Assembly: GCA_965223335.1 (NCBI GenBank)
Contig: OZ244991.1
Coordinates: forward strand, 2,400,001 to 2,464,000
From: Thermodesulfobacteriota bacterium
GTDB lineage: Bacteria; Desulfobacterota_D; UBA1144; Nemesobacterales; UBA2774
Direction of reading: 5' to 3'
DNA length: 64,000 nt
The position numbers were made by a program, and so were the translations under genes. The notes below the pieces were generated by a model that was not told where the DNA came from, did not search any database, and worked only from the letters and a program-made list of their open reading frames with translations. Numbering within the stretch: position 1 is the first letter of the stretch; every line of letters begins with the position of its first letter. Positions 29,673 through 38,779 of this stretch are shown in pieces.

Positions 29673-29756
29673 GTGTGGTTTCATTACAAACCCATCAATT
29701 TCTTGATATGCCTGGGTCGCTAGACCCTCTTTTGATACGAATGGGTCTCTAGACCC

Positions 29757-30167
29757 CTAATCCACCGGATGGTTGTCGTAGTGTTTCTCTAGCTGGTCTA
29801 TCCCCTCGCGCCAGGTGCTGCCGGTGTTGTGCAGCTCCTCGAGCTCGGTCAGGTACATCACCTGGTTGGCACCGGGTACATACGACACCAACAGTGTTGC
29901 CGGCCCCTCGTGGGACTTAAACGCATGGGGAGTCATCTTGGGAACTTGTACAACTGTGCCAGGAGTGGCAATGATCTGCTCATCCCCCACGGTTACCATC
30001 ACCTCGCCCGACTGTATGTAGAGGATTTCGTCCATCTTGGTGTGATAGTGGAGCCCGGGCCCAAGCCCCTGGGTCTTTAGCACGGTGTCAAAGCTCTCGA
30101 TCAGCCGCGACACCACCACAATATCAATGGATATATCGCCAATATCTATGTGTTTATTATTAGCCAT
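29757..30167 (-). CDS. Cupin domain protein
   Basis: GLHYH...DEILYIQSG, PG.VV.VP...PHAF. Confidence 0.85.
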   Translation of the reverse strand: MANNKHIDIGDISIDIVVVSRLIESFDTVLKTQGLGPGLHYHTKMDEILYIQSGEVMVTVGDEQIIATPGTVVQVPKMTPHAFKSHEGPATLLVSYVPGANQVMYLTELEELHNTGSTWREGIDQLEKHYDNHPVD

Positions 30168-30380
30168 ACCCCCTCCCCTTATGCGCTTCAGTATTCATAA
30201 TCAGTACTATCTAGGATAGCATACATCCTTCCCATTTGCTTTTTCCTAACTGGGATCTCCAGATCCCAATGCCGACATTCACACCCACGCCCCCATTATC
30301 ACCCTATCGGTCGCTATACTACTGCTCCCTTGCGGTCCCCATGTGTGCTTTCATATCTTTAGTTCTTTGCCTTCCCAATA

Positions 30381-30562
30381 TGGGATTGAAAATCCCAATC
30401 CGACATTACAGCCGTTTAGCGTTAATAAAATAGCGCAATGGAGTCGTAAATTGGTTTTCGGGGATGTGGTCGGATTAAAATCAATTAGACGGAATTAGCT
30501 ATTTTTAGCTAATCGCTGTTAGTCGGTGACTTTTGGCTACTTTTGGTTAAGCAAAAGTAGCC
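30381..30562 (+). repeat. Repeat A, complete copy (a 5' fragment also lies at 30251-30280)
   Basis: tgggat-tgaaa-atccca hairpin, standard stem, terminal cttttggttaagcaaaag. Confidence 0.9.
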
Positions 30563-30763
30563 AATATTAGTATAGGTCGAGTACTAGACGATCCAGTAAG
30601 ACACTCCACTAACAACAGATAATTTGTTTTTTTAGAGGTACAGGCCATACCTGTATCGCTATACCCATATTTCTTTTGAACCATTTTACAGCACGGCGGT
30701 ACTAACCTGTCAACAATGAGTTATTTAGCGTTACAAAAACCAATTAATAGGAGGTAATTAATT

Positions 30764-31474
30764 ATGAGTACTAAATTTAAATCCTTATCTAGAATTTCCC
30801 ATACCCAGGCACTAAGAGAACACCATGCTCTTAGCAGGCCAGCTCCCAGTGCATTCCTGACAGTGATTGCCACATTGGCAGTGGCCCTGTTTATATTGTT
30901 GGGAGCCCCAACCGCAAACGCCGACATCACACGCGGCTGCACCGGGATATTATCACTATATATTTCAAGCGGCGAGGGACTCGACAATTCCCGAGCACGC
31001 AATATGCAGATCGACGTGTTCGATGGCATAGGAGCCTGCAAGAATAGAACCCAGGCCAACACATGCCGGGCACGCGCCAAAGACAACGTATTTCGCTGTG
31101 CAAACGATCTTTGGAACATCCGCTGGAACCTCATAGGCGACCCCAAAGACAGCCATGCCGACTTGGGCATACCGCTGTCGTGCCAGGCGCGCGGCGGCAC
31201 CGGTGCCAAAAACTTAGGCCCATTTCACAAGAACAAGTTTGGTAAGTACTTCGACATCAAACACGCCATCGAGTACAACTCGTGCTGTAAAATGCAGCCC
31301 GGCGCCAAGAAGTTTGTTGTAAGTCTCACAGTACACTCGGGCGGGGATAAAGGCTGTGGTAATGACAGATCCCCCTACGGTGGCTACAGAGAGCATCGCA
31401 CCCTCGAGAGCAACTACCAAGTGAACTGTAAACAGCTCATAAAGCAGGGTATGTGCGCAAAACGAACCAACTAA
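30764..31474 (+). CDS. Exported Cys-rich hypothetical protein
   Basis: ggagg RBS, signal-like hydrophobic segment, ~10 Cys. Confidence 0.7.
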   Translation: MSTKFKSLSRISHTQALREHHALSRPAPSAFLTVIATLAVALFILLGAPTANADITRGCTGILSLYISSGEGLDNSRARNMQIDVFDGIGACKNRTQANTCRARAKDNVFRCANDLWNIRWNLIGDPKDSHADLGIPLSCQARGGTGAKNLGPFHKNKFGKYFDIKHAIEYNSCCKMQPGAKKFVVSLTVHSGGDKGCGNDRSPYGGYREHRTLESNYQVNCKQLIKQGMCAKRTN

Positions 31475-31561
31475 GAATAACTATAAGGGGACAGTCCCAC
31501 CTTATCCGCGGACAGTCCCCTTAATTATATGCATATGTTTTTTTCCTTTGACTTTTCAACA

Positions 31562-31804
31562 TGGGATCGCAGATCTCAGTTCCGACATTACGGCAATGGC
31601 GTATAGAAAATAAACTTGAGAGGCGTTAAAAATGGATTTCGGGGGTGAGGCCGGATAAATCTATTTAGCATCGAGAGATTATTTTTAATCATTTCCGTAC
31701 AGTCGGCGATTTTTGCGCACTTTTCATCGCGGAAAAGTGTGAAGTAAATAGGTAATGAGCATCGGCCTGGCAAGATGGAAACCCTAGAGTAAATAAACTC
31801 CCGG
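31562..31804 (+). repeat. Repeat A, complete copy with 3' tail
   Basis: Same subtype as copies at 1 and 7044; followed by repeat-B modules to ~31960. Confidence 0.9.
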
Positions 31805-32040
31805 TGTTTTTATTCCGTCCCTACCCACCAGTCGCCATACCACGGCTCCTTATCGGTCCCCATATTTTGTCCCTTCCCGCCAGTCGCCATACTACGGCTC
31901 CTTATCGGTCCCCATTGACACTAAAGTTCCGGCACTACCTTATGAAAGGGGCCTCAGACCCCCAAAAAAAGGAAGGGGACATACTCGGGCAAGTATGTCC
32001 CCTAGATGAGAGATACGGAATGAGAGCTTCGATGGTGGTA

Positions 32041-32334
32041 TTATTGCATCTTATCCACTTTATCCCTTAGCCCCACGGTATTGTAATTATCTTCAAAATC
32101 AGTACTATATGTATTATTGCTTGAATATGCAGGCACACCCCAGTCCCCAGTTTCTCTGTGCCTGCATGTCGCAAGCCCCTTACCGCCATTAAAGGCGGCC
32201 CCTTCTGCGAATTTATTTCTGCGTGAAAACTCAAGAATGGACTCTAGTAACGTGTTGAGCCTTTCATGGATTCGATCGGCTTTTGTGCCATTGCTCGATT
32301 CAATTAATGTATCTACTTTACCGTATTGAAACAT
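32041..32334 (-). CDS. Hypothetical protein
   Basis: aggag RBS; 97 aa; followed by hairpin ggggacatact...agtatgtcccc. Confidence 0.45.
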   Translation of the reverse strand: MFQYGKVDTLIESSNGTKADRIHERLNTLLESILEFSRRNKFAEGAAFNGGKGLATCRHRETGDWGVPAYSSNNTYSTDFEDNYNTVGLRDKVDKMQ

Positions 32335-32661
32335 CCACTCACTCTCCTAACTTACCCCGTCACACCCTATTTTAGATATTCTTCAATGTATCTATCGAAC
32401 TAATATTAAAAATCACTACACAATACGAATATATATGACTAATGATTACTATATATGATTATATGTTACATTCTTCTTTTGTCAATACCTAAACGTATGT
32501 TTTTTAATAATAATGATAATAAGTTTAACAGACATCCAAAAAATGTATACTTTTCCAACCCGGAACACACCAAAATCGCCAGGAATATTACTTAATCTAT
32601 ACGATTAGGTATTGCATCTATCTACCTGGTATTACTACAATATACTCAGTGTTAATACTGA

Positions 32662-33702
32662 CTAGAATGTAAAGTTAAGCCCTGTGATCGGCCCCGACAT
32701 CCACGCATCGTATATAAACCTGTCGTCACCGCTTCCGTCTGTGAATTTATCGTAAAATACTTTGTAACCGATCATAAACTGCATCCAATCCGTTACATCA
32801 AATCCAACTAAACCGAGCAGGTTCCATGCAAAATCGGACGAGAACCCAAGCCCAAACCCGCCGATATCGGTCCTGGCTATGAAAAACACCCTGTTCCAAG
32901 GCTGCCATTTACCTCTCGTACCCACTATAAAATCAAACCATCCCTGGTCCCCGGATACACTAGTGCCGACTCCTACCGGGCCCGAACCCGCAATGTCTAT
33001 TGTATTATCAATGTTCATGTAGCGTCCGCCGGCTAAAACATCCAACTGTACCGCGGGTTTAACCATGCCCTTGCTGTTTGTAAATGCCGATGGTTGGGTG
33101 TATGCCCTGTAGAGCCCTACAAATTCCCACATATTGATTTTTACTGTAGCATCAATATTCAGGGGGCCTTTGTTGTTCTTGGTGTTGAGTTTCATGTAGG
33201 TTCCGTCTATGAAAAATCCCCATTTGTTTTTATAAAACACTTCCGCGTGCCCCTGGAAGGCAAAATCCAAATTATCCCATATATCACCGAAGCTTATATC
33301 AACATCGGCCTCCGAACCCCTTGCTCCCAATGTGCCATTTAGCCCCGTCATCCACAAGTACGGCGCAAAGGAGAATACCCAGTCTTTACCCGCGAGATAT
33401 CCGCTTGCCGAGGCACTCTGCCCAGCCTGTGCAACGTATATGGGCTCTGAATCCGCATCGTTTTGTGCAATTTCGTACCCCCCAGACAACCCGTCCTCAA
33501 AACTACCGCTTATATAGGAACCCAGATCCCCAGCCCTCGCATATGTATGTTCGGACTCCTCCGAGTCCACACACTTATCCTCACACTCCGCCAGCGCCGG
33601 TGTTCCGGGAATTATGAGTACAACCATGATTACAACCAGCAAATACAGCATTGCTTCCGAATACAATCTTGCGAAGTTCATTTCACCCCTCCCTATGAAC
33701 AA
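32662..33702 (-). CDS. Outer-membrane beta-barrel protein
   Basis: W.FSFAPYLWM, GGRY, WFDFIVG, RTDIGGFG, C-terminal GPITGLNFTF. Confidence 0.8.
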   Translation of the reverse strand: MFIGRGEMNFARLYSEAMLYLLVVIMVVLIIPGTPALAECEDKCVDSEESEHTYARAGDLGSYISGSFEDGLSGGYEIAQNDADSEPIYVAQAGQSASASGYLAGKDWVFSFAPYLWMTGLNGTLGARGSEADVDISFGDIWDNLDFAFQGHAEVFYKNKWGFFIDGTYMKLNTKNNKGPLNIDATVKINMWEFVGLYRAYTQPSAFTNSKGMVKPAVQLDVLAGGRYMNIDNTIDIAGSGPVGVGTSVSGDQGWFDFIVGTRGKWQPWNRVFFIARTDIGGFGLGFSSDFAWNLLGLVGFDVTDWMQFMIGYKVFYDKFTDGSGDDRFIYDAWMSGPITGLNFTF

Positions 33703-33845
33703 ATTTTTCGGTAGAAAACAGATACAAAACAGGAATATAGATCAATCATGATGACTATATGCCATTATATGCCAGCTATGATAGCAATGTCAATACCGCC
33801 ACGTATGGCAGATGTTTCTTATCTTTAATTTTTTGCTTTTCATTA

Positions 33846-33957
33846 TGGGATTGTAGATCCCAATCCCGACATCAGAGATATAGCGTTAAGAAAACAGGGC
33901 AGTGCGGAGTTAAAATTGATTTTCGGGGGCACACTCAGTGTGGCACATTACATGTGC
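33846..33957 (+). repeat. Repeat A 5' half ending in double gcacac/gtgtg palindrome
   Basis: Left arm as at 9397/19021, then gcacactcagtgtggcacattacatgtgc. Confidence 0.8.
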
Positions 33958-34218
33958 AGGAATATGATTTGTGTTTTGCGCCAGTTTAATGGACAACCAG
34001 CCCCGGTTTTTTTTTATGTCCTTCCCCGTCGCTAGCTCCCGGTCCCCATATTTTGTTCCTGCCGCCAGTCGCAACACATCGGCTCCTTATCGGTCCCCAT
34101 TGACACTTACGTAATTGTACTCCCTAATAACGGAGGCCCTGACCCCCATGTATATATCCTTAATAAATGGTATGATAGGTTCCAAACTCGCACGTGTGAG
34201 TGCTAAGGACAATCGCGC

Positions 34219-35673
34219 ATGAACCTACGCCTATCCCTACACGTTGTCGGCACATTCATCAAATTCTTCGGCCTTATCATGCTGCTGCCTATGGCATGCT
34301 CGCTTATCTACGGCGACGGTGCGTTCCATGTGTTTTTGATCTCGGGATTCATCGTTTCCATTGCAGGCCAGCTTTTAGAGTCCTCCACAAAACAGTCCGA
34401 ATGGTCACGCGAACTGAGCCGCAAAGACACCTTCTTAATCGCACTGCTATGCTGGCTTTTGGCAAGCCTTTTGGGCGCGCTCCCCTATCTGCTCGCACCC
34501 CACTTCCCTAACGCCATCGACGCAATCTTTGAGTCGTTCTCGGGCTATACCACAACGGGTGCGACTATACTAAGCGACATCGAGGCTCTACCGCCCAGCA
34601 TACTTTTTTACCGCTCACTCACCCAGTGGCTTGGCGGCATGGGTATCATCATTTTGGCCATTGCCATCCTGCCCAAACTCTCCGTGGGTGGAATGCAGCT
34701 TATGAAGCTCGAGACCACGGGGCCCACCACCGAAAAACTCACGCCCCAGATCGCAAGCACTGCCAAAAAACTCTGGATGATCTACGTGGGCCTGTCGTTT
34801 GCTTCATTCGTCCTATACTTCCTCTGCGGCATGCCCGCGTTCGACGCTATCAACACAGCATTTTGCACCGTATCCACCGCGGGATACTCGATTAAAAACG
34901 CAAGCATCGGTGCATATAACAGCCCGCTTATCGAATGCGTAGCCATACTGTTTATGTTTTTGGGCGGCATCAACTTTTTGCTCCACTACGCCGTGTTCAC
35001 AGGCCGGCTCAAAAGGGTATGGGAAAACACTGAGATCAGGTTCTTTGTAGTACTCCTTGTTCTATATATATTCGGTGTCAGCATCGACCTGTGGTACGAA
35101 CAATATCCCCACTATCCCGACGCACTACGCTACGCGGCGTTCCAGGTGGTCTCTATATTCACCACCACCGGGTTTAGCTCGGCCGACTCGGCCGCCTGGG
35201 GAGGGTTTGCCATCTTTGCACTCTTCACACTCATGTTTATGGGTGCGTGTGCCGGGTCCACGTGCGGCTCTATAAAGCTCATCCGAGTGCTTGTGCTGCT
35301 CAAAAAAGGCATCCGCGAGGTAAACCAGCTTATCAAACCCCACGCGGTGCTCACGATCAGGCTCGACAACCGCGCGGTCAGCGAAAATATTATCACCAGT
35401 GTTACAAGCTTCTTCCTGCTCTACCTATTTATAATGTTGTTGTCGGTGCTCGTAATACTCCTTGCCGATAACATATCGGTGCTGGGAGCGCTCTCGGCCA
35501 GCGCGGCTACTATCGGCAATGTCGGCCCTGGCTTTGCCGAGGTAGGTGTTACAGGAAACTACCAGTTCCTCTCCCCGTTCACCAAGCTCTGGATGTGTAT
35601 GCTTATGATCCTCGGCCGCCTCGAACTCTACACCGTGCTTGTATTCTTCTCCCCACTCTTCTGGCGCAAATAG
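34219..35673 (+). CDS. trkH: TrkH potassium uptake permease
   Basis: FESFSGYTTTGAT, QWLGGMGII, STAGYS, TTTGF, GSTCGSIK, GNVGPG, LGRLE motifs. Confidence 0.95.
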   Translation: MNLRLSLHVVGTFIKFFGLIMLLPMACSLIYGDGAFHVFLISGFIVSIAGQLLESSTKQSEWSRELSRKDTFLIALLCWLLASLLGALPYLLAPHFPNAIDAIFESFSGYTTTGATILSDIEALPPSILFYRSLTQWLGGMGIIILAIAILPKLSVGGMQLMKLETTGPTTEKLTPQIASTAKKLWMIYVGLSFASFVLYFLCGMPAFDAINTAFCTVSTAGYSIKNASIGAYNSPLIECVAILFMFLGGINFLLHYAVFTGRLKRVWENTEIRFFVVLLVLYIFGVSIDLWYEQYPHYPDALRYAAFQVVSIFTTTGFSSADSAAWGGFAIFALFTLMFMGACAGSTCGSIKLIRVLVLLKKGIREVNQLIKPHAVLTIRLDNRAVSENIITSVTSFFLLYLFIMLLSVLVILLADNISVLGALSASAATIGNVGPGFAEVGVTGNYQFLSPFTKLWMCMLMILGRLELYTVLVFFSPLFWRK

Positions 35674-35722
35674 GCAGAGAACCTGTGGCACGAATATATT
35701 TTAGTCTTTTGCCTTTACCTAA

Positions 35723-35900
35723 TTGTGTCGCTAGACACAAAACCGACATTCAGCGATTCGCGTTAAGATAATTTGTGAGTACGGTGTAAAGAATGTATTT
35801 CGGGGATGCGGAGGGATAAATACATTTAACCGGACGAGCCAATTATTAGCTAATCGCTGTCAGTCGGTGATTTTTGCATACTTTTGATCAAGCAAAAGTA
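35723..35900 (+). repeat. Repeat A, complete divergent copy
   Basis: ataatt/aattat, cggt/accg, aatgtattt/aaatacatt compensatory arms. Confidence 0.9.
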
Positions 35901-36040
35901 GCGAATAAAAGAGGTAAAACGTACTAAAATAGGGACGCACCCCTATTTTAGTAACTCATTGTTATCACAGTATATTGTTTAATTAGGGACGGACCCCTAT
36001 TATTTTGCTCTCATGTCTTTTTGCTTTTGCAGTTTCCTAA

Positions 36041-36222
36041 TTGTGTCGTTAGACACAATCCCGACATCCACATGAACGGCGTAAAGAAAATCGGTTGCGC
36101 AAGCGTCAAGAATGATATACGGGGTGTGGGCAGAATTATATCATTTAGCTTAAGCAAACTATTTTTAGCACGTTTATGTGCAGTCGGTGATTTTTGCCTA
36201 CTTTTCATCAAGGAAAAGTAGG
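36041..36222 (+). repeat. Repeat A, complete highly divergent copy
   Basis: cacatgaacg/cgtttatgtg, aagc/gctt, aatgatata/tatatcatt arms. Confidence 0.9.
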
Positions 36223-36294
36223 AGAGAAAAGATATAAAAAATATCATCCTACTAACGCAGAATCCGAAATGGCTAAACTGTAGTTATTTCCCTA

Positions 36295-36395
36295 TGAGGT
36301 CGCAGACCTCAGTCCCGACATTCAGCTATTAGCGTTAAGAAAATAGCGCAACGGAGTCGTAAATTGCACACTGAGTGTGGCACATTACATGTGCA
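36295..36395 (+). repeat. Repeat A 5' half ending in double palindrome
   Basis: tgaggtc-gca-gacctca, left arm, gcacactgagtgtggcacattacatgtgc. Confidence 0.8.
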
Positions 36396-36426
36396 GGAAC
36401 ATGTTTAGTCTTTTGCCTTTACACAA

Positions 36427-36606
36427 TGGGATTGCAAATCCCAGTCCCGACATTCAGTGATTCGCGTTAAAAAAATAGCGCAATGGAGTCGTAAATTGGT
36501 TTTCGGGGTTGTGGTTGGATTAAAATCAATTAGACGGAGTTAGCTATTTTTAGCTAATCGCTGTCAGTCGGTGATTTTTGCATACTTTTGATCAAGCAAA
36601 AGTATG
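36427..36606 (+). repeat. Repeat A, complete copy
   Basis: Standard stem; terminal catacttttgatcaagcaaaagtatg. Confidence 0.9.
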
Positions 36607-36752
36607 AAGTAAATGGGCACTGAGTATCAATCTATCAAGAGACTAGACCTTAAGCTGTGCAAGGATGGGCACAATTCTATGCATGGGTCTCTAGACCCAT
36701 AACACACCTTATGTTATAAACATATTCAATACATTTTGAGGAGAGTGGCACT

Positions 36753-37049
36753 ATGGGCATTGCAATCATATTCTCTGTCGCTGTAAAACCCGAATCCCGC
36801 GACGAGCTCATGGCTTATATGAAAGAGATCCTACCCGACACGAGGGGCTTTGACGGATGCCAGGGTGTTGATGTGTATACCGACATGGACAACCCCAATA
36901 TAGTCGTGCTGTATGAGAAGTGGGACTCTAGGGGACACTACGAAAAATACCATCACTGGCGCGAAGAGACCGGGGTGTTGGACGTACTCCGCAGCATGTT
37001 TGACGGCCCTCCGATCAGCCGTCATTTTCTAGAGCTGGCCGACGTTTAA
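36753..37049 (+). CDS. Antibiotic biosynthesis monooxygenase (ABM) domain protein
   Basis: TRGFDGC, LYEKWDSR.HYEKY..WR motifs. Confidence 0.85.
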   Translation: MGIAIIFSVAVKPESRDELMAYMKEILPDTRGFDGCQGVDVYTDMDNPNIVVLYEKWDSRGHYEKYHHWREETGVLDVLRSMFDGPPISRHFLELADV

Positions 37050-37280
37050 CAAGGTAATTACTCAACAATAGATTCTACCGCACTATCAAAAGTATAAGAG
37101 CGCAATATCGATGTTATTACAGGATGTTACAGGATATAGTTAAACTATATTATTAGTCGATGCATGTACTTATCCGGCCCATAATTCAGTACAGGGTCTG
37201 CGATTTATTTCCTCTCGACCTGGCTATCAAGGGATGATACTATATATTATTATAAAAATTATTTACTGGACACGACTACC

Positions 37281-37691
37281 ATGGACCCTAACGCTTCATT
37301 CCCCGTCTTCATAGTACCAGACCTCGAGCAGGCTCTTGAATTCTATACCGAATACCTCGGATTTTCGGCCGTATTCGAGAGTGATTGGTACATCCACCTG
37401 GCAACCGAATCGGGCATACAGATCGGCTTCTTAATCCCCGACCACCCCTCTCAGCCCGAGGAGTTCCAAAAGGCCTACCCCGGCGACGGAGTAGTGTTTA
37501 GCATCGAGGTCGAGGATGTGGACGATGCATACGACGAAGCCACCGAGTTTGGGCTCGAGATCATACTGGATATCCGGACCGAGGAATGGGGCCAGCGCCA
37601 CTTCTCGATCAAAGACCCAAACGGTATATATATAGATATTATCCAAGAGACCGACCCCTCAGAGGAACTCGATGACAACTACCTCCAGTAA
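37281..37691 (+). CDS. VOC/glyoxalase family protein
   Basis: FYTEYLGF, EVEDVD, WGQRHFSIKDPNG. Confidence 0.9.
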   Translation: MDPNASFPVFIVPDLEQALEFYTEYLGFSAVFESDWYIHLATESGIQIGFLIPDHPSQPEEFQKAYPGDGVVFSIEVEDVDDAYDEATEFGLEIILDIRTEEWGQRHFSIKDPNGIYIDIIQETDPSEELDDNYLQ

Positions 37692-37959
37692 ACAATCCCC
37701 GAGACCGCTCGGTAAGCTTAAAAACATAGGCAAAAAACTGGAATCGCGCCTAAAAGAAGCAGGTATAAATTCCGAAAAGGAACTGCGCAAGGTAAAACCA
37801 GCAGGTGCCCATAATAAGATACAATCCCTATACCCTAACGAAACCCTTCCGGTTTGCTATTACCTGTACTCATTCGAAGGAGCGCTCCGCGACCTGCACT
37901 GGGACGCTATCGGCGAGCGCAGAAAAACCCAACTCCGAAAAGAGATCGGTAAAGATTAA
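37672..37959 (+). CDS. TfoX C-terminal domain protein
   Basis: LKNIGKKLESRL.EAGI, LYSFEGALRDLHW. Confidence 0.8.
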   Translation: MTTTSSKQSPRPLGKLKNIGKKLESRLKEAGINSEKELRKVKPAGAHNKIQSLYPNETLPVCYYLYSFEGALRDLHWDAIGERRKTQLRKEIGKD

Positions 37960-38164
37960 CCTACTCAACTATTGTAATATTCATCTTTTACGCCCCACTA
38001 TAAGCATATCAAACTAGTCCTAGAAATTCGTTTGATTCAAACCTTTGTTGTTATCTGAAATCCCATTATATTAAGTATTTATAAATTACGCCTTTAAAAA
38101 AGTATAGAAATAGTCTATATATATAACATAGTAGTAAATTGACGATGGGAGGGTCAGGTCTAGG

Positions 38165-38623
38165 ATGAGAATCAGATTACTAAGTATTTTACTAATTGGG
38201 CTGTTATTACAAGGTTGCATACCATACCTTGCTGGTGTAGTAGCCACCAGCCGTGCAAACAGCAGGGCAAGGGCAAATTGTATCGAGAGCGGTAATCAGT
38301 GGATCGATGGCAGTTCTTGGGGTTGGGATGTTGGTCAATGCATGAGTCCCGATGCTAAACTGGATACGCCTCAAGCTAAATGTGAAGCTTTGAATGGAGT
38401 ATGGCATGAATCTACAAAGAACTGTAAATTTGCAGCTCAAGATGCCAATTCGCCTCAAGCGAGATGTTTGGCAATGGACGGCACATGGTATGAGGTAACG
38501 CAGAATTGTAAATTTGAGACACAAGAGACAGACACACCTAAAGCAAGATGCGAATCCGTTAATGGTACATGGTATGAGGCAACAGGCAGTTGCAGATTCG
38601 AAGCCAATGATATGAATCCATAG
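38165..38623 (+). CDS. Lipoprotein with three Cys-bridged ~28-aa repeats
   Basis: Lipobox LQGC; P.A.C....G.W.E.T..C.F repeated three times. Confidence 0.8.
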   Translation: MRIRLLSILLIGLLLQGCIPYLAGVVATSRANSRARANCIESGNQWIDGSSWGWDVGQCMSPDAKLDTPQAKCEALNGVWHESTKNCKFAAQDANSPQARCLAMDGTWYEVTQNCKFETQETDTPKARCESVNGTWYEATGSCRFEANDMNP

Positions 38624-38695
38624 TACGAGTTGACATATTAAATATTTGGAACTCCTATGTGCTTTTTGGCTTTATAGTGATCGCATAAAAGAAAA

Positions 38696-38729
38696 AGAGC
38701 CCCCAAAACCCTCTCGGGTCGGGGGCTCC
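38696..38729. terminator. Probable bidirectional terminator hairpin
   Basis: gagccccc...gggggctc between convergent genes. Confidence 0.55.
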
Positions 38730-38779
38730 TCCAATAACTTACTAGGTACTCCTATACTGCCTTTATTAACTTAAATCAT

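Noticed and set aside
17942..37959. Classical integron with attC sites
   Set aside because: No intI; repeat A lacks consistent RYYYAAC/GTTRRRY ends, and flanked genes occur in both orientations
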